Shown: positions 1-20,758 of the stretch, piece by piece | Layout: every line of letters begins with the position of its first letter | Position numbering within the stretch: the first letter of the stretch is position 1 | Assembly (NCBI RefSeq): GCF_009914755.1 | Contig: NC_060935.1 | Length of the DNA: 64,000 bases | DNA from: the human T2T-CHM13v2.0 reference genome, Homo sapiens | Direction: 5' to 3' (one strand) | The notes under the pieces: generated by a model | What the model was told of the DNA's origin: nothing | The model's database searches: none | The model's input: the letters and a program-made list of their open reading frames with translations, nothing else | Program-made: the position numbers and the translations under genes

Positions 1-1008
1 TTTAATTCTATAGAATTTAAATAAAAGTAGAGTATCTATAACTATAAAAATATGCAAATGGATACACAGTATAACAAGATCTACTTTGTGACATAAATAA
101 TATAAAGTGGGTGGGGGTAGTGATAGAATAGTTTTTGTATGCACTTGAAGTTAAGTTGTTATCAGCTTAAAATATTTTGTTATAATTGTAAAATGTTTTG
201 TGTTAGCCCCATGGTAACCACAAAGAAAATACCTTTAGAAGATACAAAAGAAAATGATAAAGGAATCAAAGCATGTCACTAAAAAAAAAAAAAAATAAAT
301 GAAAACAGAAAGGAAAACTGCAAGAGAGGATAAGACAGAAAACAACAAAATGGCAATGGTAACTTCCTCTCTATTCAAAATTACTTTAAATGTAAATGGA
401 TTAAACTGCCTAAGCAAAAGACACAGAGTGGCTGAATGAGTTTTAAAAATAACATCCAACTATATGCTGTCTACAAGAGATTCACTTAGATATAAGGGGA
501 CACATCAGCTGAAAGAAGAGGGATGGAAAAAGATACTTCATGCAAATGGAAACCAAAATAGAGTAGGAGTAGCCATACTTTTATCACACAAAATATACTT
601 TTTGTCAAAAACTGACACAAGAGACAAAGAAGGACATTACGTAATGATAAGAGGGATAATTCACCAGGAAGATATAGCAATTGTAAATTGTTATATAAAT
701 GTACCCAGCATCAGAGCACCCAAATAGATGAAGCAAACAGTGACAGAACTGAAGGGAGAAATATGCAGCAAGACAATAATAGTAGGAGATTTCATACCCC
801 ACTTTAAATAATAGAAGAGACAGAAGCTTGGTAAGGAAACAGAGGACTTGAACAACACTACAGACCAAATGTATCTAACAGACATACAAAACACCATACC
901 CAACAGCTGCAGAATATACATTGTTCTCATGCACACATAGGACATTCTTCAAAACAGATCACAAGTTAGGTCACAAAATAAGTCTTAACAAATTTAAGAA
1001 GATTAAAA

Positions 1009-1389
<381 letters not shown>

Positions 1390-3173
1390 TTATAAGTCAA
1401 CAAATTGGATCATGTGGAAAACAATGGATAAATTCCTAGAAGTCTATAGTCTACCAAGACTATGAATGGTAAATAATGAAGAATTTTAAAGCCTAAACAA
1501 AATATAATTAATAAGGCTATTGAAGCAGTAATTAAAAATCTTCCAACAAAGAAAATCTCAGGACCAGATGGCTTCACTGGTGAATTCTACCAAACGTTTA
1601 AAAAAGAATTAATGCCAATTCTTCTCAAACTCTTACAAAAAATTGAAGAGTAGGGAACACATCCAGATTCATTTTATGAGGCCAGCATTACTCTGATAGG
1701 AAAGCCAGATTAAAAACACCACAAGAAAATAAAACTGTAGGCCACTATCTGTGATGAAGATAGATGCAAAAATCTTCAACAAAAAACCTAGCAAATCAAA
1801 TTCAACAACACAGTAAAAGAATCATACATCATACCAAATGGAATTTATCCCTGGGATGCAAGGATGGCTCAACATAAGAACATTATTGAATTTGATACAT
1901 CACATTAACAGATTGAGGGATGAAAAAGCACATGATCATCTTAATATATGCCCCCAAAAAAGTATTTGACAAAAGTCAGCACACTTTCATGATAAAAACA
2001 GAACCTAGGAATGAAAAGAAATTATAGCAACATAATAAAGACCATATATGAGAAGCCCACAGCTAACATACTGTATGGTGAAAAACTGAAAGCTCTTCCT
2101 CTAAGATCAGGAACAAGGCAAGGATGCCCATTCTTGCCACTTCTATCGAACGTAGTACTGGAAGCCCTAGCCAGAACAACTAGGCAATAGAAAGAAATTA
2201 AAGGCATCCATATCAGAAAGGAAGAAGCAAAATGCTGTCTGTTTAAGATGACATCTTATATGTAGAAAACCCTAAAGATTCCATTTAAAAAACTGCTAGA
2301 ACTAATAAATGAATTCAGCAAAGTTGCTGGATTGAAAAGACAACAAGGAAAACTTAGTTGTGTTTCTGTACACTAGCACTAAACAGTCAAAAGGAAAATT
2401 AAGAAAGAAAACAATTTCATTTACAAGGCATAAACATGAATAAAATACTTAGGAAAAAACTTCACCAAGAAGGCAAAAGTATTGTACACTGAAAACTATA
2501 AAACACTGCTACAAGAAATTAAAGCAGACATAAACAAATGGAAAGAAATACTGTGTTCATAGATTGGAAGACTTGATATTGTTAAAATGTTCATAGTACC
2601 CAGAACAATCTACACGTTCAATGCAATCCCTATGGGAAGCCCAGTGGTATTTTTTACAGAAATAGAAAAATCTAAAATTCATATGGAATAACAAAGGACC
2701 TAAAATAGCCAATACAATCATGAGAAAGAAGAACAAAGCTGGAGTCTTCACATGTCCTGATTTTGAAACATATTACAAAGCTACAGTAATCAAAACAGTA
2801 TAATACTGGCATAAAGACATACATATAGACCAATAGAAAAGAATACACAGCCCAGAAATAAATGCACAACTGTATGGTGAACTGACTTTTGACAAAGGTG
2901 CCAAGAATACATAATGAGGAAACGGTAGTGTTTTCAACAAATGGTATTGGGAAAACTGGATATCCATTGGCAAAAAAAAAAAAAACACGCACAAAAAAAA
3001 GAGATTGGATCCTCATCTTACACCATATAGAAAAATAAACTCAAAATGGATTAAAGACTTAACCATATGACCTGAAACTGTTTAAAACACCTAGAAGAAA
3101 ATATAAGAGAAAAGCTGTATGACATTGATCTTGGATATGACGTGAAAAGCACAGGTAACAAAAGCAAAAGTAA

Positions 3174-5302
<2,129 letters not shown>

Positions 5303-5925
5303 AAAAAATAAAAGCTTCTGCACCACAAAGGAAGCAATTAAGGTGGCCTACAGACTGGGAGAAAATACTTGCAAATCTGTAAACCATATATCTGTTAAGG
5401 GATTAACATCCAAAATATATAGAGAACGCCTATAACTGAATAACAACAAACAGATAAATAACCCAATTCAAAAATGGGCAAAGGACTTGAATCGACATTT
5501 CTTCAAAGAAGACATACAAATGGCCAAAACGTATAGGAAAAACTCAGAATCACAATAGTCAAGGAGGAAATGCAAATCAAAATCATAATAAGATTATCTC
5601 ACACCTGGAAAATAAGTGTTGACAAGGATGGTAACTCTTGTGCATTATTGGTGGAAATGTAAAATGTATAGCCACTGTGGAAAACAGTGTGGAGGTTCCT
5701 CAAAAAATTAAATAGAATTTACATATGATGCAGCAATTCGACTTCTGGCTATTTATGCAAAAGAATTGAAACCAGGATCTTGAAGAGATATTTTACACTG
5801 CCATGTTCATAGCAACATTATCCATAATAGCCAAGAGGTGAGAGGAACCTGAATGTCCATCAACAGATAAATGTGGTATATATGTATAATGAAATATTAT
5901 CCAGCCTTAATAAAGAAGGAAATCC

Positions 5926-6044
5926 AGCCAGGCACGGTGGCTCAAGCCTGTAATTCCAGCACTTTGGGAGACCAAGACAGGAAGATTGCTTGAGCCAGGA
6001 GTTCGAGATCATTCTGGGCAACATGGCAAAACCCCATCTCTACC

Positions 6045-6075
<31 letters not shown>

Positions 6076-6263
6076 CTTAGCCAGGCATGGTGATGCATGC
6101 CTGTAGTCCCAGCTACTCAGGAGGCTGAGGTGGAAGAATTGCTTGGGCCGTGGTTCAAGGCTGCAGTGAGCTGTGATTACACCACTGTACGCCAGCCTGG
6201 GGAACAGAGTGAGATCCTGTCTCAAAAAAAAATAAATGAATAAATAAAAATAAAAAACAAAAA
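5926..6263 (+). mobile_element. AluJ-like element with an expanded central A tract
   Basis: Left arm, about 25 A at 6044-6069, right arm with GGTTCAAGGCTGCAGTGAGC, A-rich tail. Confidence 0.9.
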
Positions 6264-6563
6264 AGCCAGGCATAGTGGCCGACGCCTATAATCCCAGCAC
6301 ACTGCGGGGGGCTAAGGCTGGTGGATTGCTTGAGGCTACGAGTTCGAAACAAGCCTGGGCAACATGGCAAAACCCCATCTCTACAAAAAATACAAAAGTT
6401 TGCCGAGCATGGTGGAATGCGCCTATAGTCTCAGCGCCGGGGGAGGTGGAGGTGGGAGGATTGCTTGAGCCTGAGCCTGCGGGTCGAGGTCTCAGTGAGC
6501 GGAGATCGTGCCACTGTACTATAGCCTGGGCAACAGAGTGAGACCTTGTCTCAAAAAAAAAAA
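6264..6563 (+). mobile_element. AluJ-like element, tandem to the previous Alu
   Basis: GCCAGGCATAGTGGC...GAGACCTTGTCTC plus an A tail. Confidence 0.9.
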
Positions 6564-9500
6564 GAAATTATAACATATTCTGCAGCATGGATGAATCTTG
6601 AGGACATTATGCTAAATAAAATAAGCCAGTCACAGAAAGGCAAATATTGCATGATTCTACATATATGAGCATTTAAAACAGTCAAACAGTCAAAAGCAGA
6701 AAATAAAATAGTGGTAGCCAGAGACTGAAAGGAGGGAAAATGAGGCGTTGCTGTTCAATGAGTATAAAGTTTCAGTCATGCAATTGCATAAGTTCTAGAG
6801 ATCTGTGTACAACATTGTAGCTGTAGTTCACAATACTATGCTGCACACCTAAAAAGTCATTAAGAGTGTAGATCTCATGTTATGTGTTTTTTACCCCAAT
6901 TTTTTTAAAAGAGAAATCTAGCTATTTTGATCTCATACACCAATATTCTCATGACAAATGGGGAATGTTAGGATGAGACAGATTTGTATTGAAAAAGACA
7001 AAACCAATAAAAGTGTAGTGACACAATTAAAATTCTCTGAGACTAAACATTTCTGGAAAGTATACATGACTATAATTAATTGAAATGCAGCTTTTACTAA
7101 GTCTGCTTATATGTTCATTTTCAAAGTGTGAGACTGATATTTATTATGGATGTCAGAGGAATTGTTTTCTTCACTGTGGATCTATGTTGTATAGCACTTT
7201 TTATTTGTGATTTGTTCTGTCTTAGGGCTATTTCAAGTATGATTTTCCCATGGTAGACACGCTATGGAATTTGTTTCCTTGACATGTACAATAATTTCAG
7301 AATACTTCTTCCAGTGTTTTTTGTTGGTGTGTAAGGTTATTAATAGTGAAAAACTTTAAAGTACAATCTAGTACTCTTTATAGTTAGGATTTTTATTTTG
7401 GTAATAATGATTAATTTACAGAATCTCATGTTAAGATTCATGCTATATTGCCATTATTTTAAAAGTGTGAAATGCATGAGTTTTAAAAGACCAAGTTTAA
7501 AATACCAATAAGTAGTGATATTCATATACCATATGTTTACCTACAAATATCTTAGGTTATGTTTATTACACACTAAACCTCCTCTCAAGCACAAAGCAAG
7601 CACACAATTGTCAGACCACAAGGAAGTCCATAATTTCCATTACTGGCATCAACCTTTCCATTTATTTCTTATGTACAGAACATATTTACCTATTTATCAG
7701 AATATTTACTCATAGAGTCCCCATTTGCTTAAGCATTACTGCCATCACTCCAATTCTGAAGATGATAATCAAGAAATTTTTTTCTCTCTAAATTCATAGA
7801 CATGCTTTGCTCTGAAGCTTTAAATCAGCAAACACGGTTGCCAAGAGAAGCTTTAAGAAAGGTAGTTTTATAGTCAGAGGTTATACAGTTGAAAAAACTA
7901 TATAGCAATCATTTTAAAATTTGTACTGAATTATCTGGTTTGGCTGTCAGGCCTAGAGTTCGTCAGATAATTTCCAGAGCTGTAATTCATTTTCACTTAT
8001 GAGACCTTAGTCTGTTACAGGGAAAAGGGTTTTTTTCTCCTCTCAAGTTTTTCCAGTAATGCTTCCATGTACCATTCAACTGCTGGCACATTTTAGTCCC
8101 AGAGGATAGATTTTGTTTGGCATGCTAAGGAATTTTGATATATTTAAGAAGGTGAGAAGTACACATTGGCATCATTTAAACAACATAAGTCTACACCCAA
8201 TTGGCTTTTACATGCCAAAGATGTGAAATGTGCCAACTGTTTAATAGTACACAATAACTGTACAACTACATAAGTTGATTTCAGCAAAACAGTTTGATGT
8301 GTGTTTTATCCTGAATCATTTAGATGCAATTAAGTCTGTGGTGCCTGAATAATAGAGGCAGGCTGGGCTGTTCCTAACTTTTGCATAAGCAGATATTAAT
8401 ATTATCGAAATGTTAGTCATAGTTGAGTTGAATAGAATATGAGTATTGCTTTAGTTTATGATGCATTTTCAGCAACTTCAGTAGTTTCTATACTGCCAAC
8501 AAATGTGAAACAGGAAAACAGAATTTGAGGTTGATGATCTTTATTTCTTTTAATAAAACAAATTTGGGGGAGGAGCCAAGATGGCCGAATAGGAACAGCT
8601 CCGGTCTACAGCTCCCAGCGTGAGTGATGCAGAAGACGGGTGATTTCTGCATTTCCAACTGAGGTACCAGGTTCATCTCACTGGGGAGTGCCAGACAGTA
8701 GGTGCAGGACAGTGGGTGCAGCGCACCGTGCGTGAGCCGAAGCAGGGCGAGGCATCGCCTCACCCGGGAAGTGCAAGGGGTCAGGGAATTCCCTTTCCTA
8801 GTCAAAGAAAGCGGTGACAGACGGCACCTGGAAAATCGGGTCACTCCCACCCTAATACTGCACTTTTCCAATGGGCTTAAAAAGTGGCACACCAGGAGAT
8901 TATATCCCGTACCTGTCTCGGAGGGTCCTACGCCCATGGAGTCTCGCTTATTGCTAGCACAGCAGTCCGAGATCAAACTGCAAGGTGGCAGCGAGGCTAG
9001 GGGAGGGGCGCCCGCCATAGCCGAGTTAGTTGTTTGATTAGGTAAACAAAGCGGCCGGTAAGCTGGAACTGGGTGGAGCCCACCAGAGCTAAAGGAGGCC
9101 TGCCTGCCTCTGTAGGCTCCACCTCTGGGGGCAGGGCACAGACAAACAAAAAGACAGCAGTAACCTCTGCAGACGTAAATGTCCCTGTCTGACAGCTTTG
9201 AAGAGAGCAGTGGTTCTCCCAGCACGCAGCTTGAGATCTGAGAATGGGCAGACTGCCTCCTCAAGTGGGTCCCTGACCCCCGAGTAGCCTAACTGGGAGA
9301 CACCCCCCAGTAGGGGCGGACTGACACCTCACACAGCCGGGTACTCCTCTGAGACAAAACTTCCAGAGGAACTATCAGACAGCAGCATCTGCAGTTCACC
9401 AATATCCACTGTTCTGCAGCCACCACTGCTGATACCCAGGCAAACAGGGTCTGGAGTGGACCTCTAGCAAACTCCAACAGACCTACAGCTGAGGGTCCTG

Positions 9501-9600
9501 TCTGTTAGAAGGAAAACTAACAAACAGAAAGGACATCAACACCAAAAACCCATCTGTACGTCACCATCATCAAAGACCAAAGGTAGATAAAACCACAAAG

Positions 9601-10621
9601 ATGGGAATAAAACAGAGCAGAAAAACTGGAAACTCTAAAAATCACAGCGCCTCTCCTTCTGCAAAGGAACGCAGCTCCTCACCAGCAACGGAACAAAGCT
9701 GGACAGAGAATGACTCTGACGAGTTGAGAGAAGAAGGCTTCAGACGATCAAACTACTCCGAGCTACAGGAGGAAATTCGAACCAATGGCAAAGAAGTTAA
9801 AAGCTTTGAAAAAAAATTAGATGAATGGATAACTAGACTAACCAACGCAGAAAAGTCCTTAAATCACCTGATAGAGCTGAAAACCAAGGCACAAGAGCTA
9901 CATGACGAATGCAGAAGCCTCAGTAGCCGATGCGATTAACTGGAAGAAAGGGTATCAGTGATGGAAGATGAAATGAATGAAATGAAGCGAGAAGAAAAGT
10001 TTAGAGAAAAAAGAATGAAAAGAAACGAACAAAGCCTACAAGAAATATGGGACTATGTGAAAAGACCAAAACTACGTCTGATTGGTGTACCTGAAAGTGA
10101 CGGTGAGAATGGAACCAAGTTGGAAAACACTCTGCAGGATATTATCCAGGAGAACTTCCCCAATCTAGCAAGGCAGGCCATCATTCAAATTCAGGAAATA
10201 CAGAGAAAGCCACAAAGATACTCCTTCAGAAGAGCAGTATGTCTCAAGACACATAATTGTCAGATTCATCAAAGTTGAAATGAAGGAAAAAATGTTAAGG
10301 GCAGCCAGAGAGAAAGGTCGGGTTACCCACAAAGGGAAGCCCATCAGACTAACGGCTGATCTCTCTGCAGAAACTCTACAAGCCAGAAGAGAGTGGGGGC
10401 CAATATTCAACTTTCTTAAAGAAAAGAATTTTCAACCCAGAATCTCATATCCAGCTAAACTAAGCTTCATAAGTGAAGGAGAAATAAAATACTTTACAAA
10501 CAAACAAATGCTGAGAGATTTTGTCACCACCAGGCCTGCCCTAAAAGAGCTCCTGAAGGAAGCACTAAACATGGAAAGGATCAACCAGTACGAGCCACTG
10601 CAAAAACATGCCAAATTGTAA
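9601..10621 (+). pseudogene. L1 ORF1, disrupted
   Basis: MGIKQSRKTGNSKN...LQKHAKL is split over three ORFs by a premature TAA at 9937-9939 and a frameshift near 10236. Confidence 0.93.
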
Positions 10622-10684
10622 AGACCATCAAGGCTAGGAAGAAACTGCATCAAGTATCAAGCAAAATAACCAGCTAACATCATA

Positions 10685-14495
<3,811 letters not shown>

Positions 14496-14845
14496 ACAGT
14501 GAGAACACATGGACACAGGAAGGGGAACATCACACACCGGGGACTGTTGTGGGGTCGGTGGAGGGGGGAGGGATAGCATTAGGAGATATACCTAATGCTA
14601 AATGACGAGTTAATGGGTGCAGCACACCAACATGGCACACGTATACATATGTAACAAACCTGCACGTTGTGCACATGTACCCTAAAACTTAAAGTATAAT
14701 AATAATAATAATTTTTTTAAAAAGTGAAAAAAATAAAAAATAAAACAAATTAGGACTTTTAGTGAGTTGGGGAAGCATATGATAGATTTTCTTTTATTTT
14801 CAGACTTTTAAATATATATGCTATTCATTTTAACCAGACTAACAC

Positions 14846-14882
14846 TGTGTGTGTGTGTGTGTGTGTTTGTGTGTGTCTGTGT
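14846..14882. repeat. (TG)n microsatellite, imperfect
   Basis: TGTGTG... run read directly. Confidence 0.95.
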
Positions 14883-16021
14883 CACTGACTGTGCAAGCCC
14901 TAATTTGAAAAATGAGTGTAGAGAGAGAAAGATAAAAATGGTATAACCTTCTCTTTTTAATGAACTTACAGTCAAATAGGGGAAGACATGGAAAGAGAGA
15001 ATACAAGTGTTAATTCTAATGCAAAACAGACAGTCCTTGTGTTTTAACTTTTGGAAAAAAAGTTAATATGACATTAGAGAGTATGAGATCTGGGGCCAAG
15101 TGGAGGCTCTTAGGAAGGGTGATGTGAGGGCTCCATATAATTAGCTTAAGAGAACTTAAAGAATGATCCCCATCTTAGAGGAAGCAGAGGAATAGAAGTA
15201 GACTATAGAACCATAAAGTGTGGAGAGGGGAGGGTGGAGGGGAAGAGGTTTAAGTTACATAAAAGAAGGTAAATTTCTCTCTGTTACCAAATTGGGGGAA
15301 AAGGACTAGATGGAATTTTATAAAATGTGTAGAATACATTTGAGATACTCACAATATATTAGTTTCATAGCCTATATAAAATTCACTTTGGGCAACCTGT
15401 GGTCACCCAAAAGAGATAGGCAGTCATCCTTCAGACAGCCAAAACTGAGATACATTGAAAAGGCAACGTGGCTACCACTCTGGAGAGACATGACATCAGT
15501 AGTAATCACCATGGTCAGAGAAAAGCAGCAGTGGTTTTAAATATGACTCCAAATAAAATGTCACAAGGACAAAGCCTCTGAACTTGGCTGCTTCTCTTTG
15601 TAGTGTGCTCTGTAGTGTGTGGCAACAGAGATTCACTTATTTAACAAATGATTAATGATTTTTGCAAGCAACCTAGCAGACAGGTAGTAGAAAGTAAAAT
15701 TGGAAGATAAGTTAGTGTCAAGTCATGAAAGCCTTTTTAGTGTTTAGTGCCAAACAACTTTTCTAAAAGACAAAGCATATTAAAGCTTAAAAACTATTAC
15801 TTAAAATTATGTTTGGACTATGTCCAAAAAAGAGCTCTTATAAGAATATGCAAAACAGAATATTTTACAATTGTAGATTACAGTTTCTTTTAGAGATAAG
15901 CAGCTGAAGATAATTTTAGAACATCCTCCAATTGTTTCCTTTTTCTGCAATGGGCAGATTCGTAGTTATGTTCCCTCACAGTAGTGGTTAATGTTATTAA
16001 GTCTTCCTCTTATACATTTAA

Positions 16022-16357
<336 letters not shown>

Positions 16358-16533
16358 TAAACCAAGGTCTTATAGCATAGATTTCTACTTGACATTTACT
16401 TTACTAAACACTAAACTATGACTATTATTGGTGTCTTTTTCCCCCATATATCTGACTGTCTCTTCTACCTTAAGTGAGCTTACATTATAATATGACAGAA
16501 AAGGCTAGTAGACATGAAACAAAATTGTGCAGA

Positions 16534-16660
16534 GGCCAGGTGCAGTGGCTCACACCTGTAACCACAGCACTTTGGGAGGCCAAGGTGTGAGGATCACTTG
16601 AGGCCAGGAGTTCAAGACCAGCCTGGTGGACATAGCAAGACCCCATCTGTATCAAATAAA
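16534..16660 (+). mobile_element. Alu left monomer (FLAM/AluJ-like)
   Basis: GGCCAGGTGCAGTGGCTCACACC...GACCCCATCT; flanks AAAATTGTGCAGA and AAAATTTTGCAGA. Confidence 0.88.
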
Positions 16661-17607
16661 GTAAAATTTTGCAGAATAGTCTGTGATTATAGCTCAGCAA
16701 GTTAAGGTGTTTAGGTCTAGAATGAGGACAGTGCTAGGATGTGGCCAAACTTTGAAGTATGATATAATTAAGTTCATTAGTATAAGGCTAAAAGAGGAAG
16801 ATCTTCCTGATAAGAAAATCATAAGTCAAAGCAAGGAGGTATGAATGCCAGTTGCATATCTAGAAACAGTATAGAATCTGGCCTGAGAGAAGAAAGTTTG
16901 TACTGGGGAAAATAACTGAGATGGGGATGACTTATGGAATGCCTTGAAAGCCATAGACGATGTAGAGAAACACTTTAGGTTCTGTGTGATATGCTAAAAA
17001 ACAGCATTTAGTAAACATTACTGTGGAAGAAATGCACAGGACATATTCATGGAGGCAGAGAAAAGTCAGGGATGCAGTTATCTTAAGTGTGAGTTTATGA
17101 AAGCATCAGAAAACTCTAGTAAAAGTGGGGAAGGAAAGAGACACGTAAAAGTCCCTTTCAACAGGTAACAAAATTTGGACACAGATTAGTTATAGAGAGT
17201 ACGGAAAAACTGATTAAAGATGCAGCTGTTATATATGGCCCTATACAGTCACACTGACTTTTCTAAATGATATTTCCCCCAGCAACTTGGACCTTAAGTC
17301 TTTTACACATATTCATACAACTGTTACTCCAAATTACTTCCTCTGTCAGTGATTTCTAATTTTAACCAATGATCTTTAAAACATCGATTATTTAACTTCT
17401 ATGTATACTATATCATTGGAATTTAAAGGCTTTTCCTTGTATTTAAACTAAGTCTCTGTGGAGTATAGGTAAAAAGAAAGGAATTGTGGGAGAAAAGGAG
17501 CAGGGAGAAATACTGAAAAAAATAAATACATAAATATAACCACATAGATAGTAATTCCTGTAACTAGAAAATAAAACTAAATAAAACTAAATAGATGCAT
17601 TTCTTGA

Positions 17608-17975
<368 letters not shown>

Positions 17976-20148
17976 AACTTTTATAATACTGATAGAAGTA
18001 TTTCCTGGAAGCATATGGTTTGCTTGGTAGTTATTCTTCCAACTTTGTTGCTGGCAGAATATCACCCCAAGGAAGGGAGTACAGATTGGTAATGGAAATC
18101 AGCCTCAGTGTGGGTAGCATAGCTCTCAAGAGTTGTGGTGAGGCTTTTTCTAAACTCTGGAGAAACTTCTTGAGGTTTTTCAGAACAATGAAGCTTTCAG
18201 GAAAAGTAACTACTTTCTTTTTAGTACATGATTACCTCATTCACAGTAAAAACCATCTCTCTTCCCTGTCACGGTGGTCTTTCCCTCAGGCTACCTGGGA
18301 TGCAGTCAAAGGTTGTCAGAGTCCTTGATTGTCTTGCCTGAAGTTACAACCTGACCTAGATGGATGTGACATGTTGTCCTTGTACTGTTGCTCAGTTTAC
18401 TTCCATAGATGTTTTCTTCCATAAAAAGTGTTGTGTTTTTAATTGTTTTTGGTTTTTTTTACATGTTCTCCTGCCTACCCAATTCCTCAGAGCCCTGAAA
18501 CAGTAAGAAATGTGGAATTTCTGATTTCTCCTTCCAGCCAGAATATCTTCCTGATAGTGTGTTTCTTACAGGGCTCATTTAAATGTCTTCTGTGGTGAAA
18601 TTCAGGCTTTTGTTGTTATTCCCTGTGATCTCCCTAACTGTTCAGCTCCATGTCCAGGCTTAGTTCACTGTATTCTATTCATGATTCACCTTTCCCTTCT
18701 CCAGCCTATAGGCAGACATGCATTTAACTGAAATGTGCAGAAGAAACATTCCTTTTCTTAACCTCCACAGAAGAGAATTCTTCAGGCTCCAGTATTTAAC
18801 ACCTCATTTTCAGTATCTTTGCATATAGACTATAAAATGTTAAAGTCTGAAAGAACCTAGGATATCACCAAGTCCTAAACTTATTTCATGTGTGAGAGGA
18901 TTAAGTCCTAGAGAAGTACATACAATACACATTCTAAACCTTCTCTCAACTCAAATTAATATGTGTGTTTTAAATGATGACTTTCTAACAAGTTCACTGG
19001 TAGAAATTGGCCTTGGCACCAATTTGTAAAGCTGACTATGGCCGTATCCAAGAACAAAGCCTAAAGTTCTTTTAAGGGCTTAATTTATTTCATGCATCAA
19101 GCCTCTACATATGTCCAGCACTTTTCCAACTTAAAAACTAATTTCAAACGATACATACAATCTTCTTTCGAGCCCTCATCAACCATGTGTCCTCTCCCAA
19201 CTCTACTTTCTGAAAAATGTGGGAGAGGAAGAAGGAACCAAAACTTTACTGTCAGACAAGAGATACACAGGAAACACAGTTGCCATTAGTACCATATAGG
19301 GTGAAAAAATGGCTTCATCCCTTTCAGAAAGGCTGAACTGGGAAGATGAGGAAAAAAACAGCATACTCAGAGTTTGACATTGAATAGACACTCAACAAAT
19401 ATTTTTTGAATGAATGAAATGAGGTGAATCAATGAACCATGGACCTGAGGCTCTATCTCAAGCATACCCTCTTTTCTGAACCCCAACAACTTGGACATCA
19501 CCATTTGATGATTCCAAAGAAACTTAAACATGTCTAAAACTTAATTAATCGCCTTTTCACCCATCTCCTACTCTAATGTTCCCTGTCTCAATGCCTGGTA
19601 CCTAAAAATGCCAACCACATAAGCTACTAACCTAGAAGTCATCCTCTCATTGACTCCTCACCTCCAGTCTAACAAGTCCTGTCAATGCTACCCTTTACAA
19701 TATGCCAGATCTATCAAAAATCTTCCCCACAAAAAAGGTACAAAATCTACATAACTTTATTACAACTTCATGTAATCCCTCTTGTAAAAGCTGTGTAAGA
19801 AAACTGAGGGAAAAAAAGCTATTCAACTAATTTTATTAAAGTAGTATTATCAAAACTAGATAGGGATAATACGGGAAAAGGAAACTGTTCATCAGTCTCA
19901 CTATTGCAGATAGAAAAAAAATTCTAAATAGAACAGTGTCAGGTGGAATTTGGCAGTTTATTCACACACACACTCACACACACTGCTACTATTGCTACTA
20001 CTAGATAAGATTTCTCACAAAAACAGGAATGATTCAACATCACAATGTAGAAATGTACTTGATATAACTTAGCACTTGTTCTTAGTAATTTTAAAAAACA
20101 AATTTCCTAGGAAACAGCATAGAAGAAAAGTTCCTATCCTGATAAAGG

Positions 20149-20220
20149 GTCACCATCAGGGACAAAGAAAATATATTTTTCTTAGTCACCATCAGGAACA
20201 AAGAGAATATATTTTTCTTA
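20149..20220. repeat. 36-bp tandem duplication, two copies
   Basis: GTCACCATCAGGGACAAAGAAAATATATTTTTCTTA followed by GTCACCATCAGGAACAAAGAGAATATATTTTTCTTA (2 mismatches). Confidence 0.92.
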
Positions 20221-20364
20221 ATGATAAATTTTTGGAAATATTTCTACTAAAGTCAGGAGTAAGAATGTCCACTCTCTCAGGGTCTATTTTGCATTGTTAC
20301 TAGAGATGCTAACCATTTTAATAACTCCCTAATGGGAAAGAAGCAAGTATTATAAAAACTGGAA

Positions 20365-20758
<394 letters not shown>

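Noticed and set aside
7974-7986. 13-mer CCAGAGCTGTAAT also present at 32559-32571
   Set aside because: Tens of chance 13-mer pairs are expected in 64 kb.
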